A program made the position numbers and the translations under genes. The notes under the pieces are model-generated. The model saw nothing but the letters and a program-made list of their open reading frames with translations, had not been told where the DNA came from and did not search any database. A stretch of DNA of 64,000 nucleotides from Squalus acanthias. Its lineage: Eukaryota. The stretch spans positions 173,106,001 through 173,170,000 of the forward strand of contig CM059425.1 in the NCBI GenBank assembly GCA_030390025.1, in the 5' to 3' direction. Positions 53,201 to 64,000 of the stretch are shown one piece after another (positions within the stretch are counted from its first letter, which is position 1; each line of letters begins with the position of its first letter).

Positions 53201-53583
53201 GGGGAGACCTAATTGAGGTGTATAAAATTATGAGGGGCCTAGATAGAATAGATAGGAAGGACCTATTTCCCTTAGCAGAAGGGTCAATAACCAGGGGGCA
53301 TAGATTTAAAGTAACTGGTCGGAGGTTTAGAGGGAATTTGAGGAGTAATCTTTTCACCCAGAGGGCGGTGGGGGTCTAGAACTCACTGCCTGAAAAGGTG
53401 GTAGAGGCAGAGACCCTCATCACATTTAAAAAGTACTTGGATATGCACTTGAAGTGCCATAACCTAGAAGGCTACAGACCAAGTGCTGGAAAGTGGGATT
53501 AGGGTGGATAGCTCTTTGTCGGCCGCATGGACAAGATGGGCCAAATGGCCTCCTACTGTGCTGTAAATTTCTATGATCTATGA
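50244..53583 (+). mobile_element. CR1 LINE ORF2 and tail, interrupted by an antisense CR1 (50527-51397)
   Basis: GDFN and SDHN (APE) motifs; RT ORF at 52336-53052; tail tttctatgatctatg. Confidence 0.92.
50527..51397 (-). mobile_element. CR1 3' fragment containing a nested plus-strand double-tail insert (about 51040-51317)
   Basis: cataagaacataag tail. The element resumes after a duplicated aagta. Confidence 0.8.
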
Positions 53584-53642
53584 AGACCTACTGAGATATT
53601 CAAACTTATGAGGAGTTTTGTTCGAGCAAGTAGGGATATATT

Positions 53643-54410
53643 GGGCCAGAAATTCGGCTCTCCGGCTTCCCGCAGGGTGCAAGGATCGCGCGCGTACTTA
53701 CATACCGCGCCTGCCGTTGTGCTTCGGGCCCGCGTGGACTTCGGCTCCTGGGCCTCCTGCAGCTGCCAGCGCGCAGTGCTTGCGTATCCCAGGGGCGCAG
53801 TTAGTTCGAAGCGTCCCCTGGGATCACATGGGCCATGGAGAGCCAATCGGAGCAGGGAATCTCCATTCATAGATTTTGACAGGAAGACCTGTCAAATCTA
53901 TGAATAGAGATCACCCCCAAAACCACACTAAAACTTCAAATACATTTTTTTTTAAAATCACATTTTTAAAATAACTATAAATTACATAAATTAACTACTT
54001 TAAACAAAAATTTTAATTTTTGAAAAAATTAATTATACTTTTTAACGGTGCTAAAAATAAACTTACCTTTCTTTAAAGTATCTAAAAAAGATAAACCCGT
54101 TGAAAAAATGTTTAAATTATATTTAATTCACCACTTACCTTGTTAAAAGCAGGCCTTGCGCCTCTTTTTTTCCTGCGCAGCTTCTCCATACTTACCCTCA
54201 TGGAGAAACCTGAAGAAAAAAAACGAAGTTCGCTGCGTGCGCGCTGCCTCTCCGGCGCACTGCGGTTGACCCTCGAACCCCTTCTTTCACGAGACCGGAA
54301 GTTCCGGTTTCCCGTGCATGTGCAGTGCATGCGTGAAACTGGCACTTCCGGTGGCCCTACGGGTGAGTACACAGTGCGTACTCACCCGTGGAGACCCGAA
54401 TTTCTGCCCC
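53643..54410. mobile_element. Harbinger-type MITE, family A copy 1
   Basis: TIR gggccagaaattcgg / ccgaatttctgcccc with TSD att; internal hairpins. Confidence 0.88.
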
Positions 54411-54632
54411 ATTATTTCCTCTGGCAAGTCGGTCGGTAACCAAAGGTCATTGATTTAAAATAATTGATGAAAGATCTAGTGGGGAAATTAAGAGAAATTT
54501 CTTCACACACAGGATTGTTAAGATTTGGAGTGCTCTACCTGAAATGGTGGTGGAATCAGGTTCCATAGGTTCTTTTAAAAGGCAATTGGACATGTACTTG
54601 AAGAGGATTGCAGGGTTATGGGGAAAAAGCTA

Positions 54633-57614
54633 GGGGAAAATTCAGTTGGTTAGCGCCTCCTGTTAGCACCTCCGGAACATAGGCCGTGATTTTCCGAGTG
54701 GAGGCGGGTTGGAGGAGGCTTTGATGTTCGGCGGGTTCCGGTCCCGCTGCCGGTATCAGCCGCCCTGAAATTACGATTTTTGCTTAAGTGGGCTGATTAA
54801 GCCCATCATGCGCGCTACCCGGCCCAATCAGTGGCTTCAGGTCTGCTGCTCGCTTCTGCTGACGTCTTTCAGCCAGCTGCATTTAAGGGGCCCATGCAGC
54901 CTTTTTTTGATCAATCATATTCTGCTGCTTCTCGGTGTGGCACATAGCGAAATGACTGCTTCAAGACCCAAGGCATCTGCCAGATTTGACGATGACTCCC
55001 TCCATGTTCTTGTGGAGGGAGTGAGAGGGCGCCAAGAGGTACTGTTCCCCTCAAATGGATGGAGGAAGCCTGACTGCAAATTGCTGAGGAGATGAGCGCC
55101 AGGTCTTTGTGTGGTCGCACCTGGGTTCAGTGCAGGAAAAGGCTCAATGACCTGCTACGCACAGCAAAAGTGAGTATAACATCACATTTACCTTCAATCT
55201 GCTCCCCATCTCCTCTCATCACCAGCACTCTGCATTGTCAACCTACTCCTGCACATCCCACTTTACCCTTACATCCCTTGCACCCTTAACCATCCCTCTC
55301 TCTCTATGCACAGAATCACTTCACCATTCTACTATGCACCCCTCACACTCGCTATCACTGTTATGCAATGACAACTAACAACGCACAGGGAGGGCCCTTG
55401 GTATTGGCACCTCACTCCATCTTTGTCTCCCTCTAAGCATCTATGCTATGATTCTCTACACTCACTACAACATTCTCACTCCACCTCCACTTGTGTCCCT
55501 CATTGCAGGAAAAGAGAGCCGACAATAAGAGGGAGAGGGGCAGGACAGGAGGAGGGCCACCTTCGGTTACCCACTTGACCACCGCTGAGGAGGCTGCTCT
55601 CGACATTGTCGGAGGTGCTGAGGATCCGGAAGTGGGGGACGGTCAGACGGGCGCAGTAGAGCAAGCTAGTGACAGAATAGATTTGCAGCCCTCTCATTTA
55701 GATTGCATGAGTGACTGATATGGCATCTGATGTTCATACAGATTGAGTTCTGATCATCTGCACAATTCAATGTGCCTGCTACGTTAATATCACATATCTA
55801 ACTCATGCCTTTACTCCCCCACAGAACCATCAAGAGCCCCCCTCCCCACTGTCTAGGAGGAAGAGCTGGAAGACTCCTCAGAGGATGCTGCAACCTCTGA
55901 GGGCGCAGTGTCAGCAGAATTGAGCGCACCCAGCACCAGTGCAGAGACGCACACCTCAGTGGGTCATTCGCAAGATTGATTAGTGTTGTCACTCTGCTCA
56001 GCTGCATGTGGACCCTATGCCTCTGGGGCCATCCAGAAACAGAGCGGTGCTGGAACTTCAGCAACAAGTGCAGGAGTCTCTGATAAGTTTTGCATCCACG
56101 GTAACTGCAAGTGTGCAGAGAATGGAGGAGTCTATCTCAAACATAAGCAATGCCATGTTGGAGGCAATGGCGCATGAACGTGCCACCATGGAGAGGGTGG
56201 CAACCTCCTTGGAGGACATAACTCGCCAGACTCAACAGAGCATGGTGACTCTTCTAAATAGATGGTCTGCTATGGAGGATAGATGGGCAGCTATTGAGGA
56301 GAGATACCAGAGGTACATGGACGTCCCCGTTATGAGGACTGTCAGTACAGAGACGGGTCCTCATAGCCCCACTAATGTGCAGCAAGGTGCTCTCCAGCTA
56401 CTTGCTAGCAGTGAAGTGCGGGCGACCCATGAGAGGGATGTTGGTGGTCAACAACAAGGAAATGTGGACTCCTCTCCAAGCGCTCACACTCCCATGCCAC
56501 TGCGGAGCCCTCGGTCAGAGCCCCAGATTCCTCACCTAACTGAGATGGCCGTCTCAGCCCCTGCACAGCCGCAGGAGGAGCAGACTGTTGCCGAGCCCTC
56601 CCAGGCTCCCAAACCCAGAGGACGCCCACCAAAGGTTTCGAAGTAGGAGCAGCATGAAAGTGAGCAAGGTGCCTTCACATCTGCTGAAGCCACAGGGGAA
56701 GCACCACGTAGAAGCACGCATAAGAGAAAGTTAACACACAAATAGTCACAAGGGAAGTCACCTGGGTGTTTTGATGTAATACAAATTTAAGATTATCATC
56801 ATCATTTCAATTGTAATAAAGAAATGCGATGACAAACATTCAAAGAGTTGGCCTATGTGTGCCCAGAAATGGAAGTGTCACAGTGAGGTGTCAGGGCGCC
56901 TTTCATCTGTAATGATGGTGGTGAGAGTGATAGGAACCCACAGTTTATTGTACAGATGGTGTATGGTGTGTTAAGAAGGTGCCCCGGACTGGATATTGAG
57001 TCGCGCCCCCTGCCTTAGCGCCTGCCGCTAGGAACGACAGGTAGAGGGGAACGTTTTCAAGTCGGGAAGGGGCTGGGGGAGTGCTATAAAAGGCGGGCGC
57101 TTCCTGCTTTTCTTGTCAGGCAAAATTTTTGGTACACGCAGGTTGAGAGGGAGAGAGACGTCTGGAGAGATTTAACGCTGTCTTAAGGAGTTTTGGCTCT
57201 CAGCACCACTTTTGAGGTTCCTAAGCACTGAGCTCTTTCCCTGGGCCTATCCGTTAGTGCATCCAACACAATTGCTTCAGAGATCTCTCCAGGCCGAGAT
57301 GCAAGGCTGCAATGAGTAGGGTGTGGCTGGCCAGCAAGATTGCCCCTCCCCTTTAAGAACTGGGCAGCGCCAGTCTGTCTGGCTTCCATGGTAACTGACA
57401 TCGCCTGAGCTTCGGTAGCGTTCTGAGGTAGTGCCTCGCTCCTCGACGTTAGTGCCCTAAGAGAGGTGTGTAGCACTTGATTTAGTGCTCAAATCACCTC
57501 CAGGAGCGATAGAGGTGAATTTTGCAGTTGGAGGCGATAATTAGTGCCGGGCACTAAACTTTGCGCCTAGCCGATATAAGCGCCCCAAAATGGGCGATAC
57601 CCAATTTTTCCCCC
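54633..57614. mobile_element. MITE family B copy interrupted by a Myb-carrying Harbinger segment (54682-~56980); inserted in a CR1 tail
   Basis: Ends ggggaaaattcagttggtt / ccaatttttccccc match 60771-61667 and 63091-63934. Confidence 0.75.
54952..56745 (+). pseudogene. Second three-exon Harbinger Myb/SANT gene (exons 54952-55169, 55509-55668, 55825-56745), decayed
   Basis: Same exon layout as 32263-34231 (exon 2 also 160 nt). Internal deletions and premature TAGs. RGRPPK motif retained. Confidence 0.85.
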
Positions 57615-57726
57615 AGGGTGTGGGACTAAATTGGACAGCTTTTCCAAAGAGCCGGCACGGCATGATGGGCTGAATGGCTTCCTTCTGTATTGTAAGATTC
57701 TATGATCTGAGTGTGAACAGAACATT

Positions 57727-58491
57727 GGGCCAGAAATTCGGTTTTCAGGCTTCCTGCGGGTGCAAGCATCGCGCGCGTACTTACCTACCGCGCCTGCCGT
57801 TGTGTTTTGGGCCCACGAGAACTTCGGGTCCTGGGCCTCCTCCAGCTGCCGGCGCGCAGTGCTTGTGTATCCCAGGGGCGCAGTTAGTTCGAAGCGTCCC
57901 CTGGGATCACGTGGGCCATGGAGAGCCAATCCTAGCAGGGCATTTTCATTCATAGATTTGACAGGAAGACCTGTCAAATCTATGAATTGAAATCGGCCCC
58001 AAAACCACACTTAAACTTCAAATAATTTTTTTTTTTAAATCACATTTTTAAAATAACTATAAGTTAAATAAATTAACTACTTTAAACAAAAATTTAAATT
58101 TTTGAAAAAATTAATTATACTTTTTAACGGTGCTAAAAATAAACTTACCTTTCTTTAAAGTATCTAAAAAAGATAAACCTGTTGAAAAAATGTTTAAATT
58201 GTAATTAATTAACCACTTACCTTGTTAAAAACGGGTCTTGCGCCTCCTTTTTAAAAGCGCAGCTTCTTCCATACTTACCTTCCCGGAGAAACCTGAAAAA
58301 ATAAACGAAGTTCGCTGCGTGCGCGCAGCCTCTCCCGCGCACGCGGTTCACCTCTGAACCCCTCCCTTCACGAGACCGGAAGTTCCGGTTTCCCGCGCAT
58401 GCGCAGTGCATGCAGGAAACCGGCACTTCAAGTGGCCTTACGAGTGAGTACACAATGCGTACTCACCCGACAAGCGCTGAATTTCTGAGCC
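57727..58491. mobile_element. Harbinger-type MITE, family A copy 2 (direct orientation)
   Basis: Colinear and highly similar to 53643-54410; flanks att/ata. Confidence 0.88.
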
Positions 58492-59517
58492 ATAGTGTAC
58501 CACGTAGGGGTGTGAAGCCTACTTTCATGGTCCTCTCAAGCCAATCCCCAAGGCTGTCAATTCCAGCAGCAACAGACTCTTGTAAGTTGGAGCCCAAGGT
58601 CTCAATTGGCCCAGACATTTCGTTCATGAGAGAACTGATATCTGCACATGATCCCTCTATCCTTGGGGGCTCATTAACACTTATCATGCCGTTAAAAGGC
58701 TTCTTACGTTTGTAATGACAAGACTTAACTTTCTGTGGCGAGTTTAATGCACAATTAATGGGCAAATACAGCAAGTTCCTTGAAAAAAAAGGCAGTCTAA
58801 GGCTGAGATGCCATTTTCACAATCTAATGGCAGAGCGGCGCAACTCGGACAGAAACTTTTGGATATTCACATTTAACCGCTCATCTGCTCCTCGCCTACA
58901 GCTGCTGTACCATTTACCCATTAAAAATGGTGAGCGCCATTCACCTTGCTGTTATTTTGACAGAAAATTCTGGCCTATTGTATGTCTCTTTAGAGGGTTT
59001 CAGATAAGGTACCGTGGCCACTAAACTCGGCTCCATAGCGCCTGGCTTTTTGGTCCAAAATGGCGTCCGAGGAGCGCGCGCACACTTCTAGTGCAGGCCG
59101 CACCGGATGCCATATTGGGTTGGTCGTTAGCGCGGTGCTGGGAGTGTGTGCCGGAAGTATGCAGAGTATGCAGATCGTGACGTCAATCAGCGTGCAACGT
59201 TGATTTGATGCCAGCGCTGCCATTTCTGACCTCAACGCTGGAGCTAATGCCCTCTTTTAACCTCGCACAACTGAACATGCGTTTAGCAGCAGGAAGGACC
59301 CCCCACTAGTGCGATGTAAAGGGATCCTCACCGTATGGCCTATTCCTGCTCCTAATTCTATGTTCTTTCAGGTTAGTTGTTGATTGATTCTACTGGCTCT
59401 TGATGAGTTTGTACAAGTGTTTGGTGGTCTGTTATCTTATTTGAAGTTGCTGAAGTGTCCAGGGAGTGGTGTGGCATGTTACTTCAAGGCTTCTGCTCAG
59501 ATCAGTTGCTCCCAGAC

Positions 59518-60110
59518 ATGGGTGCAGTAGTTTGTATCTCCCTTGGCCTGCAGCAAGACAGGGAGAATGATCACAGGCGACACAGAGGAGGACAATCTGC
59601 TCGAAGAAGGAGGAGGAGGAGTGGGAGAATGGCTCTCAGCAGGAGGCCATATCCACCCAGGGTCTTCAGGGAGCAATTTTCCTACATCAACCTCAGCGAG
59701 GAACAGTGTATACGACGTCTCTGCTTCACTCAGGAGGTGCTCACTGAAATCTGCCACCTGTTGCAGGCAAAACAGCAGCCTCAGAGCCAGGCAAGGACAA
59801 CATTTCCAATGACTGTGAAGGTGAGTGTGGCCATGAACTTTTATGCATCGGGCTCCAATATCTCCCAGTTCACCGTGCACTGTTGCATAAGGGAAGTCGC
59901 TGAGGCTCTGTATGCAAAGACAGCTGAATACATTTCATTCTCGCTTGCCAGAGAGAAGCAGGTGGAGCCAGCACACGGCTTCGAAAGGACAGCAGGCTTC
60001 CCCATGGTGCATGGTGCCATTGACTGCACACAGTCACTTTGCGGACGCCACATGTAAATTCGGAGATGTACCGCAACCGGAAGGGATTCCACTCCCTCAA
60101 TGTCCAGCTG
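59518..60110 (+). pseudogene. HARBI1-like Harbinger transposase, N-terminal half, truncated
   Basis: RRPYPPRVFR..LSEEQCIRRL, VAMNFYASGS, ISQFTVH, GFPMVHGAIDCT and YRNRKGFHSLNVQL motifs. Followed by a minus-strand Myb exon-2 remnant at about 60290-60390. Confidence 0.88.
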
Positions 60111-60770
60111 GCCAGGTTGGAGTTCTTGGCTATCTGAAAGGAGAAAGGCACATGGGTAGAGTTGTGGTGAGGGGCAGTGGGGGAAAGCAAGAGTTGCATG
60201 CTTACACCATCTGCAGCTTATAAATCAGAAGAGATTGTGGGATGAGGAGGAAGTGGGATGTGAGAAGGAGGATTAGGTATGAGGATACCGCCATCTTGCA
60301 GTGTTTCTACCCCGCCGCTCGCCACGGGCTCAGCAATGGCCGCTCCAATGATCTCCAGCACCATCTCCTTCATTAGGGTAAGGTCATGCATTAAAAACAA
60401 ATTAAACATTTCTGCAGCTTGTGGAACATAACTGAGTGGGGGTAGGCTTTTATGCCATAATTATTCAAATTTATAATTGCAAATTAGAAATTCATTCATG
60501 GAGCTTTGGGACTTTAAGCGGAAACAAACTAATTAAGGTGAAACTTCATTTGTGAGAAATTTGCCTGGACCACAGGAATGTAAGACTTCAGTTAAATTAA
60601 TTGAAATGCTAAATCTGTTTTGCTACACTCCATATAACTTATTTCAAATGATGTGGGTTAAAGTTACTTCTGTCAGCACTGCCAAGAGATGCAGGCAGTC
60701 TTGCACCTCCTCTGGGATTTTCCAGAACAAAAGTTATCTCTTTATTATCTGAGTTTGTTAAGGTACAAAT

Positions 60771-61667
60771 GGGGGAAAAATTCAGTTGGTTGAGCCTCCC
60801 GTTAGCGCCTTAAGAGGGCGCTAATGGGGCGCAAAGCATCTAGCGCCTGGGCGCGGCGATGTTTGCGCCGCTCGCGAAATTAACTAGACATTTTGCAGCG
60901 GCGCTAAACACTACCGCCACGATCTCTTGCGCCGGCAGATCGTGACGTCAGTCGAGTGCGCAACGCCCCGGTATCGCCCCGGAGCGGATATTGAGTGGCG
61001 CCCCCTGCCTTACCGCCTGCCGCTAGCAACGACAGGTTGAGGGGAGCGTTTTGCAGTCAGGAAGGGACGGGGAGTGCTATTTAAAGGCGAACGCTTCCTG
61101 CCTTTTTTTGTTGGTGACATTTTTGAACCACGCATTCTGAGAGAGAGAGAGAGAGAGAGAGACTTCTGGAGAGATTCTATGCTGTGTGAAGGAGTTTTGG
61201 GTACTGAGCAGCACTTTGCAGGTTCATTTTGATTTGCCCTTCCTTGTATCGATTTAGAAGAGACTGTGGGGGCTGCACTCTGAGCTCTTTCCCTGGTACT
61301 CTCCATTGTTCTTTCCAGCAGATTTGATGTGCAGGTCTCTCCAGGCCGAGATTCAAGGCTGCAATGAGCAGGATGTGGATGGAAAGCAAGATCAACCCTC
61401 CCCTTTAAGAACTGGCCCGCGCCATTGTGTGTGTGTTCCATTGCTGACTGACATCACATGAGCTTCGCCAGCGCTCTGAGGTAACGCCTCGCTCCTCGGC
61501 CTTTGCGCCTTAAGACAGGTGTGAAGCGCCTGATTTAGCGCTCCAATCACCTCCAGAGGCGATAAAAGTCAAGTTTGCAGTCGGTGGCGATAATTAGTGC
61601 CAGGTGCTAATCTTTGCGCCCGGCCGATAATTGCGCCCCAAATGGGGCGATACTGAATTTCTCCCTC
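60771..61667. mobile_element. Harbinger-type MITE, family B, with internal (GA)n
   Basis: TIR ggggaaaaattcagt / actgaatttctccc; colinear with 63091-63934. Confidence 0.88.
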
Positions 61668-62828
61668 AAATGCATTTTATCCTAGCACTCAAGTCTGTGT
61701 GGACCAGCCATCTGCAGATCTAATGGGAGTAGTGTTTCATTTCTGCCTATTGGATACCTGGAGGGCTATTTTATGCTGGAGAAAGAGTTTACAAGTTGTT
61801 GACACAAAAAGTGTGAAAGGTAGCAGGACTTAATTTCTGGGCACAGTCTCCTCCCCCTGCCCAGGTGCAGAACAGATGAAGTGCAGCAGAAGTCTACTCC
61901 ACTTGTCCAGACCTCATAGTACCCAGATTTCATAGGCCAGGTACAGGCCCGCACCCTAATAGGTTCTTGCACCAAATAATGGGAGAGGAAACAGAAGTGC
62001 AGCCACAGGCCTCCCAGGACTTGCTGCCAGCCTCCAGCATTCTTGCTACTGTTGGAGAACCACAGCCTCTCAGGGCCCGAAGATTTGAAGGGTCCCTCCA
62101 AAAAAAAACAAAGCCACTCACCTTTGAGCATTTTTCGCCTTGCTGCCTGGTGCCCTCAGACTCTCCAATCTGAGCGGGTTCCAGGCTCAAGTCTCATAAT
62201 AGCATCTCAAGGAGCCTCGCATCTAGATGTCCTTTGGCCACAAGAAGTGTGGCTGCAGGGCCTGCCTCATTTACTTGGGAGTGCTTTGTCAGCACCTACT
62301 TCAGGTGCAATCTCAGGTCCACCCTTTGAGGAAGCCCAGGAATCCTATGGCAATGTAATGCGGATAAGTGTGAGGTAATGTATTTTGAGAGGAAATACAA
62401 GATATGGAAATATATACTCAATGGAAAGATACTGAAGGTGTGAATGAACAAAGAGACCTCGGGTTCAAATACATAGGGCTAGAAATTCGTTATAGACAAG
62501 GAATGGGTGGTGTCAGCAGAAAAGTTGGAGAATTAGCGCCAGGCACAAATGCTTTAAGAACTGTAAGAAAAATTCATGCTCACTGCTCAATAAAATGATT
62601 GGAGTCCTAAATCAAGTCTTAAAACCCAAGCTTAAGACTTAAAAGGTGGACCAATATCGGGTGCAGTCTAATCGCAACTCACCATTGCCACAGGCTTTTT
62701 TCACTACTTAAAGGGGAGGTTCATTGATGCTGCAGCACCTCATTCTCAGCATTGCTGGCTATGCAGCTGCCTCAGCAAGCAGAAGCAGAACAAGGAGAAG
62801 GAGCCAGAGGACTGAACCAGGTGTGCTC

Positions 62829-63071
62829 ATGGCAGGTCCATGCCCCAGGGAGAGAGCCCGCAGATTCTCCGATGAAGCACTGGAGGCATTGGTTTTCGCT
62901 GTGGAGAGAGGGAGGGCGGTGCTCTACATGGCAAGTGACAGGAGGCCCTCGCCACAAGTCTTCCACACCATGTGGAGGGAGGTAGCGCAGCACATCTCGG
63001 GCAGCACTGTGGTCTCCAGGACCCACACACAGTGCAGGAAGAAATTTAACGACCTCACTCGGGTGGTCAGG
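62829..63071 (+). pseudogene. Open Harbinger Myb/SANT exon 1 (81 aa) in an element starting at about 62475
   Basis: MAGPCPRERARRFSDEALEALV..MWREVAQHI..RTHTQCRKKFNDLTRVVR followed by a |gtgagt donor. Left terminus gggctagaaattcg. Confidence 0.8.
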
Positions 63072-63090
63072 GTGAGTGAATAGAGTCATA

Positions 63091-63934
63091 GGGGGGAAAA
63101 TTCAGTTGGTTTGCCCCATCCCGTTAGCACCTTAAGAGGGCATTAATGGGGCACAAAGCAACTAGCGCCCAGGCGCAGCGATATCTGCGCCTCTCGTGAA
63201 ATTGACCAGACATTTTGCGGCGGCGCTAAACACTACTGCCACGATCTCCTGCGCCGGCAGATCGTGATGTCAGTCGAGTGCGCAACGCCCCGGTAGCGCC
63301 CCAGAGCGGATATTGAGTGGCGCCCCTGCCTTACCGCCTGCCGCTAGCAACGACAGGTTGAGGGGAGCGTTTTGCAGTCAGGAAGGGACTGGGGGAGTGC
63401 TATTTAAAGGCGAACGCTTCCTGCCTTTTTTTGTTGGTGACATTTTTGCACCACGCATTCTGAGAGAGAGAGAGAGAGACTTCTGCAGAGATTCAACGCT
63501 GTGTGAAGGAGTTTTGGGTACTGAGCAGCACTTTGCAGGTTCATTTTGATTTGCCCTTCCTTGCATCTATTTAGAAGAGACTTTGGGGGCAGCACTCTGA
63601 GCTCTTTCCCTGGGCCTCTCCATTGTTCTTTCCAGCAGATTTGATGTACAGGTCTCTCCAGGCCGAGATTCAAGGCTGCAATGAGCAGGATGTGGATGGA
63701 GAGCAAGATCAACCCTCCCCTTTAAGAATTGGCTGGCACCATTGTGTCTGTGTTCCATTGCTGACTGACATCACATGAGCTTCGCCAGCGCTCCGAGGTA
63801 GCGCTTCGCTCCTCGGCCTCCAGGGGCGATAAAAGCCAAGTTTGCAGTCGGAGGCAATAATTAGCGCCAGGCGCTAAACTTTGCGCACAGCTGCTAATTG
63901 CGCCCCAAACGGGGCGATACTGAATTTATCCCCC
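63091..63934. mobile_element. Harbinger-type MITE, family B, inserted in a minus-strand CR1 tail
   Basis: TIR gggggaaaattcagt / actgaatttatccccc with TSD ata. Confidence 0.9.
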
Positions 63935-64000
63935 ATAGAGCCATAGAATTATACAGCACAGAAAGAGGCTCTTCGGCCCATCGTGTCTGCGCTGGCCATC

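Noticed and set aside
59455..60057. Domesticated HARBI1 gene
   Set aside because: Internal deletion, frameshift after GAIDCT and truncation; a decayed transposon copy.
30700..64000. Exons of a head-to-head neighbour gene (SLC25A46 lies next to TMEM232 in mammals)
   Set aside because: No recognisable host coding exon seen; all interpretable ORFs are TE-derived.
1..64000. CRISPR arrays, operons, rRNA genes
   Set aside because: Eukaryotic sequence with no regularly spaced direct repeats and no rRNA-like segments.

Overview
Eukaryotic, intron-rich and very repeat-dense vertebrate DNA. The repeat content (CR1/HER1-type LINEs, L2, RTE, Penelope-like elements, DeuSINE-like SINEs, many PIF/Harbinger derivatives) suggests a cartilaginous fish; this is inference. 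The only recognisable host gene is the 5' half of TMEM232 on the minus strand. Five coding exons (24698 to 6884) join in frame through GT-AG introns. A candidate CpG-rich promoter with an RFX X-box lies at about 30550, and the gene continues beyond the left edge. The rest is layered, often nested transposon sequence. Three observations stand out. (1) An APE-RT LINE begins with a tRNA-derived Pol III head and has no visible ORF1; it is present twice, alongside a short SINE sharing its head, body and tail. (2) Many Harbinger derivatives have lost the DDE transposase core but keep a spliced Myb/SANT gene with coiled-coil, AT-hook and basic C-terminal motifs. (3) Penelope-like insertions carry minimal hammerhead ribozyme motifs, one as a perfect 51-bp inverted repeat. 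All family assignments come from motif recognition by eye; no database searches were run.
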